From the NCBI GenBank assembly GCA_002269645.1, contig NIVC01002782.1, positions 1 to 64,000 on the forward strand: a DNA stretch of 64,000 nucleotides, given 5' to 3'. The translations under genes were made by a program, and so were the position numbers. Below are positions 14,183 to 28,089 of this stretch, piece by piece; the stretch's first letter is position 1, and every line of letters begins with the position of its first letter. The notes under the pieces were generated by a model that was not told the DNA's origin, did not search any database, and was given only the letters and a program-made list of their open reading frames with translations. This stretch comes from Macrostomum lignano (lineage: Eukaryota).

Positions 14183-14480
14183 AGATGGCACTCTGATATT
14201 CAAAGTGGCACCCGATATTAAAAATGGCACTCCGATATTTAAAAATGGCACTCTGACATTTAAAATGGCACTCTGATATTAAAAATGGCACTCGGATATT
14301 CAAAAATGGCACTCTGATATTAAAAAAATGGCCCTCTGATATTTAAAATGGCACTCTAACTTTCAATAAAAGCACTCGAATATTTAAAATGGCACATTAA
14401 TTTTCGGAATGGAGCTCTAATATTCAAAATGACACTCTTGGATCTTTTAAAATTTGCACTCAAATCTTGAAAAGTGGCAC
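14183..14480. repeat. Degenerate ~21-bp repeat (AAAATGGCACTCTGATATT)
   Basis: Direct inspection. Confidence 0.85.
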
Positions 14481-15279
14481 AGACTTAAAGATTAGCAACA
14501 TCAACAGTAGACTAAACTATAGTGGACGGTGCTAAACCAGCTTCCCCAAATCCAAACTCACCGCGAGGACCATCTGCATGTCCACCATCTAACGCTACAC
14601 GCCCTATACAGCTAAAGCAAATATTGGCACAATTCGTTATGAACAAGCCGATAGAATCGAGTCAGAAGGACCACCAACTGCGCTTACCGAACTTAACACG
14701 CTCCTACCGTCTATTATGAATGACTATGAAGCAATCTAATTCGCGAGATTATGTTGATATCTATTATTATGTTATATTCTAGAAGACGGACCATATGGGA
14801 GGCGGAGGCAATGCGGGCGAGGCGGGCTGGGCCATAGACAGTCTGGGGCGCCGTATTGTGCAATTTTAGACACCAGCCAGGATTCCTATTACTCTCTCAG
14901 CGGGGTTGCAAGGGTGTTAAAAATGGGGGTTGGGGGTTCGGGCGGCTGGATACCAAACCCCAGCCATCACAAGCTCGGGTCTCAATTTTTGTGTAATTAT
15001 TACAGTCACGATATCGCCCACCCCCCGTCCTCTCCATGCAGTCCATGTGTCTGTCTATACCGGTGGAGCTATTTTTATAGACCTGTAATGAGTCCTTCTC
15101 AATCTTGGGGCTTCATCATACCAATTAATCGAATTTAATTTCATTGCCTACACTCTAAACTTTATTGCTTGGCGGCCAGACTATAAAATCAGTTCAAAAA
15201 TAGAGCGGTTCTGTAGCAGCTTATTATTGTTTCGCAGGTAAATCTTGATGTTATCATGTGTTTTCGGGATTTTTCAAAT

Positions 15280-15720
15280 GGTTTTAGTTTAGGTTTGGGT
15301 TTAAGTTTATATGGGGTTTAGTTTAGGTTATGGCTTTAGTTTAGGTTGGGGGTTATATGGGTTTAGTTTAGGTTGGGGTTTAAGTTTATATGGGGTTTAG
15401 TTTAGGTTATGGCTTTAGTTTAGGTTGGGAGGTTTATATGGCTTTAGTTTAGGTTGGGGGTTATATGGGTTTAGTTTAGGTTGGGGTTTAAGTTTATATG
15501 GTGTTTACTTTAGGTTATGGCATTAGTTTAGGTTGGGAGGTGCATATGGGTTTAGTTTAGGTTGGGAGGTTTATATGGCTTTAGTTTAGGTTGGGAGGTT
15601 CATATGGGTTTCCGTTTAGTTTAGGTTCGGAGGTTTATATGGGTTTAGTTTAGGTCTGGACGTTTATATGGGTTAATTTTAGGTTGAGGTTTAGGTTTAT
15701 ATGGGTTTAGGTTTATAAGG
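15280..15720. repeat. Degenerate GT-rich repeat (TTTAGTTTAGGTTGGG..TATATGG)
   Basis: Direct inspection. Confidence 0.85.
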
Positions 15721-16949
15721 GCTAAGGTTGGGTTTTTCTGAAATTTAATAGGTTTTTTGGTTATTGTTTTCTTTTAGTTTAAAAGCTGCATGTCACAATA
15801 ATGTTATATGAACTATTCTCTTTCGGTCGAAAAGTTTCCAGGTCAACTTATTTAAACAGTTTGTTATTTGCATATACGATGTCTTTAAAGTTATGACCTG
15901 TCACAGAACTTGAGCCGCACATCATGCATGGTTTATACTGCTGTTTTTTTCATTTTTTGGAAGCATCCACTTGAGCAGTGGGGGGGCCGAGGGATTGGTT
16001 GGGTTAAGCTGTCATCTTGAGACCCTTGCGATGCTATTATCACGGTGCAGTGCAGCAAGACTCGAGTATAGCTGTCCATCTCTGCTTATTGCAGTCTATA
16101 GCAAATTGGCAATGTAAAAATACAATTCCAAGGTAGCTATATACATGTCTCACTCAAAGATTCAAGTGAGATGTAGATAATATCAGAGTGGCATAGAGGG
16201 CCAATTCTGATGGACCTGTCACGGCATCTGAGGCGAGGTGACATCTCAGTCATCTGCTCTGCACTGCACGCTGCACAACTTTTATAAAAGACTTGCATTG
16301 GCGCCTTATAAAGTGAGATAATGGGGGTTCTGTTGCTGGGCCGGCCCCGCCCCCACCCCCTCCTCTGCTGTCTCTCTCAGCAGCCAGACTGTCTGACGCC
16401 GCAGTCCCACAGCATGGGGTGGGGATAGATGCCTTACACTCAGGATAGGTGAAAGAAAAAATACTACAGAGACACACCAATGCAACTGATGGATTCTTGG
16501 AAAGGAGTCCCTTCAAGTGCATGTATGACTGCCGCTGCTGCTAGAAGCAATTGAAACAACAGGCAATAGCCGTGTGTCAGCGAGAAATAAAGGAGGAGCT
16601 GCCCCCCCCCTGCGACAAAGATGCGCGACTGAATGCTATGGCATTTGATGAGGCATTGAGGCTGGCACAGTGTTTGGGAACAATAAACCTCAGCTGCAGA
16701 GCGGAGGACCTTGAGAGGCCTGAATTGCATGGGGAAGTGTTTTTTAAGGGAAAGTTTTTTTCGGCTGAATAATGGCTGGAGGACTGTCCTGTTGCCGCCC
16801 TTGAATACACGTAGAAGATTCCCTATACAGATCCAACAACTTGCTCTGTTCACTGCATCGGTGACTGACCCCAATTTGCAGTTGGGGTCAGTCACTCACT
16901 GACTGACTGACTGACAACAGTGCAGTCTAGACACACCCTCCGAACTACC

Positions 16950-18230
16950 TCATCTAGAGTAGACACCTAGACATCTCACTAACCGGCATCTAGACACCTC
17001 ACTAACCGGCATCTAGACACCTCACTAACCGGCATCTAGACACCATTCACTAACCGGCATCTAGACACCTCACTAACCGGCATCTAGACACCTCACTAAC
17101 CGGCATCTAGACACCTCACTAACCGGCATCTAGACACCTCACTAACCGGCATCTATAGACACCTCACTAACCGGCATCTAGACACCTCACTAACCGGCAT
17201 CTAGACACCTCACTAACCGGCATCTAGACACCATTCACTAAGCGGCATCTAGACACCATTCACTAACCGGCATCTAGACACCATTCACTAACCGGCATCT
17301 AGACACCATTCACAAAGCGGCATCTAGACACCATTCACTAAGCGGCATCTAGACACCATTCACTAACCGGCATCTAGACACCATTCACTAACCGGCATCT
17401 AGACACCATTCACTAAGCGGCATCTAGACACCATTCACTAACCGGCATCTAGACACCATTCACAAAGCGGCATCTAGACACCATTCACTAACCGGCATCT
17501 AGACACCATTCACTAACCGGCATCTAGACACCATTCACTAACCGGCATCTAGACACCATTCACTAACCGGCATCTAGACACCATTCACTAACCGGCATCT
17601 AGACACCATTCACTAACCGGCATCTAGACACCATTCACTAACCGGCATCTAGACACCATTCACTAACCGGCATCTAGACACCATTCACTAACCGGCATCT
17701 AGACACCATTCACTAACCGGCATCTAGACACCATTCACTAACCGGCATCTAGACACCATTCACTAACCGGCATCTAGACACCATTCACTAACCGGCATCT
17801 AGACACCATTCACTAACCGGCATCTAGACACCATTCACTAACCGGCATCTAGACACCATTCACTAACCGGCATCTAGACACCATTCACTAACCGGCATCT
17901 AGACACCATTCACTAACCGGCATCTAGACACCATTCACTAACCGGCATCTAGACACCATTCACTAACCGGCATCTAGACACCATTCACTAACCGGCATCT
18001 AGACACCATTCACTAACCGGCATCTAGACACCCCACTAACCGGCATCTATAGACACCTCACCAAGTAGCATCTAGGCATCTAGACACCATTCACTAACCG
18101 GCATCTAGACACCCCACTAACCGGCATCTATAGACACCTCACCAAGTAGCATCTAGGCATCTAGACACCTCACCAAGTAGCATCTATAAGAACACCTCGC
18201 TTAGCTGTATATCTTAGATCTAGAACCATG
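16950..18230. repeat. 25-bp minisatellite (ATCTAGACACCATTCACTAACCGGC; 23-bp variant)
   Basis: About 50 units, nearly identical over 17480-18000. Confidence 0.97.
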
Positions 18231-18319
18231 ACCTAAGACATCTAAACACCAGCATTTGCGTCATCTAACCAGCATCTCTATAAGCAGTTTTCTCCTCAAG
18301 CGCAGATTAAAACTCTCAC

Positions 18320-18920
18320 CTGTTCTTGGCCGCCGCGGCCCGGTCTCGCTGCCTCCGATTCTTGAACCAGTTGCCAACCTGGGTGGGCGTCAGGCCCGTG
18401 GCCGAGGCCAGCTCCCGCTTCTTGGCCGGGTTGGGGTACGGGTCCTGCAGGTACCACTCGCGCAGCAAGCCTCTGGTTCGCTCCTTGAAACAGTGCGTCT
18501 TCTGCTCGCCGTCCCAGATGGTCCGGGGCATCGGGTACTTCTTGCGCACCCGGTACTTGTCCACCGGCCCGAGCGGGCGGCCCCGGAGCTTCTCGGCCTC
18601 CAGGTAGTGCGCCTCCAGCCACAGAGTCTGCAGCTTAGCGTGCGACTCCTTGCCGAAGTGGTGCAGCTCCATGAGGTGGTACATCTCCCGGTAGTTGCCG
18701 GTGTGGAAGGCCACAATGGCGCGGGCCCTCAGGATGGACTCCTGACGGTTCAGCGCCTCCCACAGCAGCGGATTGGCCGGCAACGACCAGAGGAACCGGC
18801 CGAGCCGTTCGATGTCGCCGGACTCTTCCAGAGTCTCGCAGACGCGGCCAACCTGGTCGGGGCTGAACTGCAGCGACGGCAGCGGAGGCGGCAGGAAGAG
18901 CGGCGGTGGTGGCGGCGGCG

Positions 18921-18952
<32 letters not shown>

Positions 18953-19050
18953 GTTGGCGACTGCGGCGACTGCGGAGCTGGCGGCTGCTGCTGCTGCTGC
19001 TGCTGCTGCATTCCGACCAGATGTTGCAGCGCCAATTTCCTGTCCTTCAT
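18320..19050 (-). CDS. six3/6: Six3/6 (Optix-class) homeobox transcription factor, exon 1: poly-Q/P leader, Six domain, homeodomain
   Basis: Translation [30 protein letters not shown]...[15 protein letters not shown]...[21 protein letters not shown] in homeodomain helix 1 and RAAAAKNR are diagnostic of Six3/6 (Six1/2 has ETSY). First ATG at 19050 with an in-frame stop at 19107-19105. Donor AG|GTGAGA after 18320 (phase 2). Confidence 0.97.
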
Positions 19051-19454
19051 CAAGTCGTGAAGGAGCCGCTCCGTGTTGCTATCCAGCTTGAATTTTCTTC
19101 TGTTTCAAATTTGTCTCGGAGCGGCTTTGCTGTTGTGGGTCTTCTCTTGCTTGAGCGGCCGATTTCTCTTTTAGAAGAGGGCGGGGGTGGCGGCGGGGGC
19201 AGAGGGGGCCGGAATTGCGGGCCGGGGCGCCATTGGCTGCCAGGGTTTTGATGCTGGACGCCTCATCCGAGACTGCAGCGCTTGCAATTGGCTGCTGGGT
19301 CTGAGGGTGGGAGAGGGGAGAAGCGGTTCCCATATCCAACGCGGCTAAATGATCGAGAAAGCTGTAGATTGCAGGCTTGCTTACTTTTGGCGCCTTCTGA
19401 CCGACCGCAACATGACGCTCTTCTTTATGACTATCTTGGCATCTAATCGTGATC

Positions 19455-19990
19455 TTGGCGCCCCTGATAAAGACCTTGGCGCCCCTGATAATGACCTTGG
19501 CGCCCCTGATAATGACCTTGGCGGCGCACCTGATAATGACCCTGGCGCCCCTGATAATGACCTTGGCGGCGCCCCTGATAATGACCTTGGAGGCGCCCCT
19601 GATAATGACCCTGGCGTCCCTGATAATGACCTTGGAAGCGCCCCTCATAATGACCTTGGCGACCCTGATAATGACCTTGGCGGCTCCCCTGATAATGACC
19701 TTGGCGGCGCCCCTGATAATGACCTTGGCGGCGCCCCTGATAATGACCTTGGCGACCCTGATAATGACCTTGGCGGCTCCCCTGATAATGACCTTGGCGG
19801 CGCCCCTGATAATGACCTTGGAGGCGCCCCTGATAATGACCTTGGAGGCACCCCTGATAATGACCTTGGCGCCCCTGATAATGACCTTGGCGGCGCCCCT
19901 GATAATGACCTTGGTGGCGCCCCTGATAATGACCTTGGAGGCACCCCTCACAATGACCTTGGCGACCCTGATAATAACCTTGGCGCTCTT
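19455..19990. repeat. 21/24-bp minisatellite (GCCCCTGATAATGACCTTGGC[GGC])
   Basis: About 400 bp upstream of the Six3/6 ATG. Confidence 0.95.
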
Positions 19991-20489
19991 TAAAATAAAG
20001 CAGCCAACACTCCTATAGGACCATATAGCATGCTAAATATGCAGAATATCAATAGTGCCATGAGCTGAAACACCCTCAGATCCCTGAGCAAACACTGCAT
20101 GCACGCCTCATGTCTACCTATTACTAAGCAGCATACACCGTGCAGGAGCGTCGTGCTCGAGGACTTTGCTACAACTCGGCAAATAACTTGATTCGCGCGC
20201 TCAATTGACCCCATGGCTCAGTTTTGTGATGGGGCAAGGGGGAGAGAGGACTGGTGGCTCCCAGATGCGTGTGTTGTGTGTACAAACTCGACTCCATGTT
20301 CGATACGGTTGGGTAGCGGTAGAAGTCTAATAAATAATTAATTATTAATGAGCTCGGCGTGGAGTGCCTGCAAACAGCCCTAATTAAATGAAATTAAAAT
20401 AAGTGCTGGCCGCAGAGTGCCAAAATCTAACGCTCTAACAATTTTTGAGAATCTCGCGAAGTCACTCATAATGTAACTCATAAAGTCCA

Positions 20490-20935
20490 CTCTCTCATAT
20501 GGTCACTCTCTCATGAAGTCACTCTCATGAAGTCACTCTCAGATGAAGTCACTCTCTCTTGTCACTCTCATGTAGTCACTCTCTCTTGCCACTCTCATGA
20601 AGTCACTCTCTCATGAGTCACTCTCTCATGTATTCACTCTCTCATGTATTCACTCTCTCTTGTCACTCTCACGAAGTCACTCTCAGATGAAGTCACTCTC
20701 ATGAAGTCACTCTCGTGAGTCACTCTCATGAGTCACTCTCATGAAGTCACTCTCATGAAGTCACTCTCATGAAGTCACTCTCATGAAGTCACTCTCATGA
20801 AGTCACTCTCATGAAGTCACTCTCATGAAGTCACTCTCATGAAGTCACTCTCATGAAGTCACTCTCATGAAGTCACTCTCATGAAGTCACTCTCATGAAG
20901 TCACTCTCATGAAGTCACTCTCATGAAGTCACTCA
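20490..20935. repeat. 14-bp minisatellite (TCTCATGAAGTCAC)
   Basis: Direct inspection. Confidence 0.93.
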
Positions 20936-21524
20936 TTAACTCACATATGAGCTCATTCATAAGCCCATGAACTCAGCCACCACTGATATTGGCACCCTGC
21001 CAAAGATTAACAATGTCTCTATGGGCTATAAATAAAGTTCACCTTAAAAGCAACATATCTCCGGACCCACCAAATATCTGCTTACAAGTCTGAGATAGCA
21101 ACCCACTAGCTCTATATTAATTATAATAGCATTCCAAAGTTCATTTCCTGGGTGTCGTCGCTCTGCAGGTATTAATATTGTCTTCCAAAAAGCAAACAGA
21201 CCTGCGGAACAAGCATCAGATCGCTGCGCTTTGGGTGTCAGCTTTCAGCCGTGAGAAGCGATAGAAAAAAACCGTTTTTTGTTCAAATTGGCCAATAGGT
21301 GGCTGAGAAATCCATTGCGAATATTCAGTTGGCACCTGGGCATCGGATTTCGATGGCCGTAGGGATCTCTCTTCCTTGGCATGGGAGAAATGATTACAGG
21401 CTGTGTGGGGGGAGTTATTTTAGCACCGTTGCCACGCGGTTGCCGTGTAAGCCGCGAAAGGAATCATATTTCTATTGTTAGCATTAGCACCTAACCCGAT
21501 TTGCTGTGACTGTTGTCAAGGCGT

Positions 21525-21835
21525 CTCATCTCTCTGTAGCAGCTCATCTAATCTCTCTGTAGCTTTTTATCTCATCTCTCTGTAGCTTCTTATCTCATCT
21601 CTCTGTAGCTTCTTATCTTATCTCATCTCATCACTCTGTAGCTTCTTATCTCATCTCTCTGTAGCTTCTTATCTTATCTCATCTCATCTCATCTCATCTC
21701 TCCGTAGCTTCTTATCTCATCTCATCTCATCTCTCTGTAGCATCTCATCTCATCTCATCTCTCCGTAGCTTCTTATCTCATCTCATCTCATCTCTCTGTA
21801 GCATCTCATTTCTCTGTTGCATCTCATCTCATCTT
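21525..21835. repeat. TCTCA-based pyrimidine-rich repeat
   Basis: Direct inspection. Confidence 0.88.
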
Positions 21836-22764
21836 TCTCGCACTTCTGTTTCGGCCGCAGACACATGCCTGCCGTGCACAACCTTTCCCTGAGTGTCCAT
21901 GCGATTGACTATAGCGCCTACACAACCTATATTGTTATCAACTGGCAGAACTCAAGCCCATCATTTTACATCCTAATCTTTGTTTTCCAACAAAGACTTT
22001 CAACTCAGCCTCGGCAAGGCAGACTTGAGCACGCAAGCTGCTAAGTGACTCAAATAATTCTGCTTATTTGTCATCCAATTAATCCCAACATCACCTTGAC
22101 GAGCACCCCATTCCCCCCTGGGCGGGGTTTTTGCATAGGAAGAATCAAGTCAAGTTAAAACATTGCAGAACTTTCATTCAATCAATCTGTCCATTGTTTC
22201 TGTCTAAATCTGAGCCCAACTGCTATATTTCTGCTCAGCACTCTGCCAGCGGGAAGTTGGGGAGTTTTTCAAGTTTTTATTGAGTGAAAGAGCAAACAAT
22301 GCCACCACGAAGTCCTCATTGCTGCAGGCACTTGGGAGCTGACCGCTTCCCGCACGGAACTGGCCCCGAAATTCCTATCGATAGAATTGAAAAGCCGCGC
22401 GTTCTGATGCCCCGAAGCGAGGCAGAAAGGCAGCATCGGAAGGACGATTGTTGTTCTGGAAGCCGGCTTCCGGGCGCCTTCTAGCTGCCTCGGGGCAACT
22501 TGGAGAAAACAAAAAAAACTACAGAAAAATCTGAGCAAGACAATGCAGGGAATAAATGCTTATTGTTTTTCAGATTCTGCAACATCCATTGAGAATGTCT
22601 GCATAACTGTCTTTCCGCTGTCAAAAAGCCAATCCGCTGCACTGCTTGCTTCCTGTGCTGTTAAATTTGCTTCCTGAGTGAAGCAAAATGAGTTGCTCCT
22701 AGAAGAGAATGGTTCAGAAATTGGCTGATGCAGGCAGATAGAATTTTGTATCGAATCTGAACTT

Positions 22765-23532
22765 AAAATGCTGTCAAATCTCTTCAGAAAATTTTGTCAA
22801 TTGTGTCCCTAAAATGCTGTCAGATCAGTCCCTAATATGCTGTCAGATCTGTCCCTAAAAATCTGTCAGATCAGTCCCTAAAATGCTGTCAGATCAGTCC
22901 CTAAAATGCTGTCAGATCAGTCCCTAAAATGCTGTCAGATCTGTCCTTAAAATGCTGTCAGATCAGTCCCTAAAATGCTGTCAGATCTGTCCCTAAAATG
23001 CTGTCAGATCTGTCCCTAAAATGCTGTCAGATCAGTCCCTAAAATACTGTCAGATCTGTCCCTGAATGCTGTCAGATCTGTCCCTGAATGCTGTCAATTC
23101 TGTCCCTAAAATGCCATCAAATCTGTCGCTAAATGCTGTCAAATCTCTCCAGACAATGCTGTCAAATCTCTCCAGAAAATGCTGTCAAATCTCACCAGAA
23201 AATGCTGTCAAATCTCTTCAGAAAATGCTGTCAAATGTCTCCAGAAAATGCTGTCAAATGTCTCCAGAAAATGCTGTCAAATCTCTTCAGAAAATGCTGT
23301 CAAATCTCTTCAGAAAATGCTGTCAAATGTCTCCAGAAAATGCTGTCAAATCTCTCCAGAAAATGCTGTCAAATCTCTTCAGAAAATGCTGTCAAATCTC
23401 TTCAGAAAATGCTGTCAAATGTCTCCAGAAAATGCTGTCAAATGTCTCCAGAAAATGCTGTCAAATGTCTCCAGAAAATGCTGTCAAATCTCTCCAGAAA
23501 ATGCTGTCAAATGTCTCCAGAAAATGCTGTCA
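22765..23532. repeat. 22-23-bp minisatellite (AAAATGCTGTCAAATCTCTCCAG)
   Basis: Two sub-families of the unit lie in tandem. Confidence 0.93.
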
Positions 23533-24089
23533 CATCCATCAAGAAAAGTTTTCGGACCAATACATCTGGTATAAAACAGTTGAAACACGAAATGACAGAA
23601 TTAAAGCTCATGATTTCAATGACATACCACCAGAGCACACTGCCAGGGTAGAACCCTCAGGGACAATAGGCTCAAAGTCTATTTGGAGTCGTGCTCAACT
23701 TAAACTCAAGGTTTAAAATCAGATTTTTGCCAGTTCGTCATTATCAACATGATTAAGTAACAGACAGATTCTTATCTCTCTTAGCAAGTTCCAGGTGTGA
23801 TAATATGATAGAGAAATGATGAAGGTTTCAGTGTGAAATTTTGAGACCCTCTACACCCCCTGCGGCATTAAACTGCCGATAGTAGCGTTACCTTCAAAGC
23901 GTCGAGCGTGGACGCAATACATTAAACTCTTGAAATCTGCTTCATTGCTTTAACTGGCTGACCTCTGTTGATACTTGCTAAAGAGGCCCCATCAATATCT
24001 GCATCGCCTGTGACAGTTTTACCCGCAGAGGGTGAGAATGTTAAAAGGCAGACAGAAGTCCGGGATAAGGTAGGATGATCTGGATGGGT

Positions 24090-24860
24090 TAGTGGCGCCA
24101 TTCTGTGTGTGTGAGTGGCGCCAGTCTGTGTGTGTGAGTGGCGCCAGTCTGTGTGTGTTAGTGGCGCCAGTCTGTGCGTGTGAGTGGCGCCAGTCTGTGT
24201 GTGTTAGTGGCGCCAGTCTGTGTGTGTGAGTGGCGCCAGTCTGTGTGTGTTAGTGGCGCCAGTCTGTGTGTGTGAGTGGCGCCAGTCTGTGTGTGTTAGT
24301 GGAGCCAGTCTGTGTGTGTGAGTGTTGCCAGTCTGTGTGTGTTAGTGGCGCCAATCTGTGTGTTAGTGGCGCCAGTCTGTGTGTGAGTGGCGCCAGTCTG
24401 TGTGTGTTAGTGGCGCCAGTCTGTGTGTGTTAGTGGCGCCAGTCTGTGTGTGTTAGTGGCGCCAGTCTGTGTGTGTGAGTGGCGCCAGTCTGTGTGTGTG
24501 AGTGGCGCCAGTCTGTGTGTGTTAGTGGCGCCAGTCTGTGTGTGTTAGTGGCGCCAGTCTGTGTGTGTTTTAGTGGCGCCAGTCTGTGTGTGTTAGTGGC
24601 GCCAGTCTGTGTGTGTGAGTGGCGCCAGTCTGTGTGTGTTAGTGGCGCCAGTCTGTGTGTGTTAGTGGCGCCAGTCTGTGTGTGTTAGTGGCGCCAGTCT
24701 GTGTGTGTTTTAGTGGCGCCAGTCTGTGTGTGTGAGTGTTGCCAGTCTGTGTGTGTTAGTGGCGCCAGTCTGTGTGTGTTAGTGGCGCCAGTCTGTGTGT
24801 GTGAGTGGCGCCAGTCTGTGTGTGTTAGTGGCGCCAGTCTGTGTGTGTGAGTGGCGCCAG
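24090..24860. repeat. ~23-bp minisatellite (AGTGGCGCCAGTCTGTGTGTGTT)
   Basis: Direct inspection. Confidence 0.95.
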
Positions 24861-25719
24861 TCGGTGTGGGGAATTTCAGTTAACGAGGCAAGACTTGCAG
24901 CCGAAAATCATCCCGATTGCCGATATGTATCGAAATAGCGTTTATTAAGGTGGTCCACTTCAGGCGCTAACTGCCTCTAGTGAAAGCGAACGCCTGCACG
25001 ACTGCTTGAAGGCCCTTCTTGTTTTCCAACCTCCACACCTGTAAGAGGAGCTGACTTCGGCCATCGGCAGCCCCGATTAACAACCCCGCTGCTTCAGGGA
25101 CCGGAGTGAAGGTCCTCGATAAACACATCGAAATCTTGACCTTAATATCGCTCACTTAGCTCCCAAATCAGATTGTTATCCCAAATATCCCTTCGGCCTA
25201 GATTTCCCTTGCACATTTCCTCTCCTCCTGTTAAAGAGGCCCATCGGGTGAAGATGGTTTGACAATAAACAGGCTGCCGCCGCCCACTTGGCACCTGGGA
25301 GGATTTCCCATAGGCCACTTCTTGCTCCCAGATAAACTTGCCTCGGCCCTCATTACGCCCGAGACACTCGAGAGGGGTTCGAAGCCGATCGGCGAGTCTG
25401 TCGGCAATGCAAGCCGCCGTGAAACATGAACGGCACCGGCTGAGCGAAGTTTTTCCCCCGGGCCTCTTGTGGTGGCACCCGCCGGAGCCACCGCTCCTGG
25501 CTGAACCTGACACCGCCGCTACCGCCGACGCAAACATGGCCGATAATGCTGGACTGCTAGGATGAAGACGGGGAACTGTTTAGGTTGGGTGGCTGCACAG
25601 ATCACAGGAGAGAGTTAAGTGAAGATAAATAGGTACACTTGGATAGATTGATGGCGGAAAACGGCCGCGGGAAAGGGAAAGAGAGCTGAATTAGTCGATG
25701 AGGAAACACCGAGGCTGGC

Positions 25720-26715
<996 letters not shown>

Positions 26716-27244
26716 ACTAATCGCTGTTTATCAGGCGCAGCAATCAAGCGAAGTCGCAGCTGCAGGGAGTTACAGAAGCGTGGGAACTGAAGCTGCCCCG
26801 CCCCCCAGAGCCAGTCCGATCCCCGTATTATTATTGCAAGGCGATCCCTAAATTCGAAAAATCCCCCACAAAGCGAAGCGCAGCGGGCAGCGTAAACAAT
26901 TATCCAAATCGGTTGGCGCAAAGAAAGAATCCGATGGATTGGGGGGATAAAACTCCTCAGAAATCCCCGAGCGGTCAGCCAGATTGGCACGGAAGCTGCT
27001 GGTCCGCCTCATCCGTTTCGATTCGATTTTACCAGCTACTCTCCCATGGAATCTCGTTATTAATAGCTGATCCGGGCTGGGATCGATCCCTAATCAGCCT
27101 GGGAACCGGGTGGCCAAAATCAACCGTTTATCGCTGCGGCTGAATGTGGGATCTGGTGGGAGCTGTCCATTATGTGTAATAATTTATATTTTTGGATTAT
27201 CATCAGATACTTTTTCACATTTTTAAGGCAGAATGGAATCAGAC

Positions 27245-27535
<291 letters not shown>

Positions 27536-28089
27536 GATTCATCTGCTTACAGCATTAAAAATCGGCAATGTGGTTAAAAGGGGATTAAACCGATCGGGGA
27601 GCGCCAGTGGGCAAACAAGTGACTAAAAGACGGGTGTCGCGGGCCCTGAGAGACCGGGGCAGAGGATACCGGACCAAACGCCAAAGTCCATCCCCCCAGG
27701 AGAAGTGGCAAGTGTCAATAAGAATTAGATTTTGCCAACTGCTACCCCGGCCAGCAAATTTGTGGAGTCGCTCGCGGCTACTCGCGGCCTGGCGCAATAA
27801 ACCGGCCCAGCCATCCTATCGGAAAGCAGAGATCTTGGCCGCGCGGCCAATTCCTTCTTTAACCGGATTACGAATGGAAGGAACTGCTGGCCAGCATAGA
27901 CTGGACTTGGCTCTGCAAGACTCTCCATTGCCCGGCCACTTGTGGCCGGGGCTGCTCACACAGACTCCTAGTTTGTCCGATCCGATAATCAGAAATTCTC
28001 GGACAGTTGGCCGGCAAGGAAGTGTCAATAAATAGCCTGGTTGCGGGCAAAAGGTGCTCAGCTGAATGACTTCATTTTCGGATGCTGCG

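Noticed and set aside
15280-15720. Interstitial telomeric repeat (also (TTAG)n at 59183-60000)
   Set aside because: No runs of TTAGGG or TTAGG units; these are a degenerate minisatellite and a plain tetranucleotide repeat.
16551-16772. 73-aa ORF as an independent gene
   Set aside because: Short, with no ATG start or splice support and no recognisable domain; more likely a transposon remnant.
18316-19053. Assignment as Six1/2 (sine oculis)
   Set aside because: The homeodomain N-terminus is QKTH, not ETSY, and the C-terminal RAAAAKNR is the Six3/6 type.
19079-20018. DNDLGGAP / KVIIRGA repeat ORFs upstream of Six3/6
   Set aside because: Derived from a 21/24-bp repeat; an in-frame stop at 19107-19105 separates them from the Six3/6 frame.
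24900-25600. Short minus-strand ORFs (62-131 aa)
   Set aside because: They overlap in different frames, have no domain similarity and no consistent splice sites.
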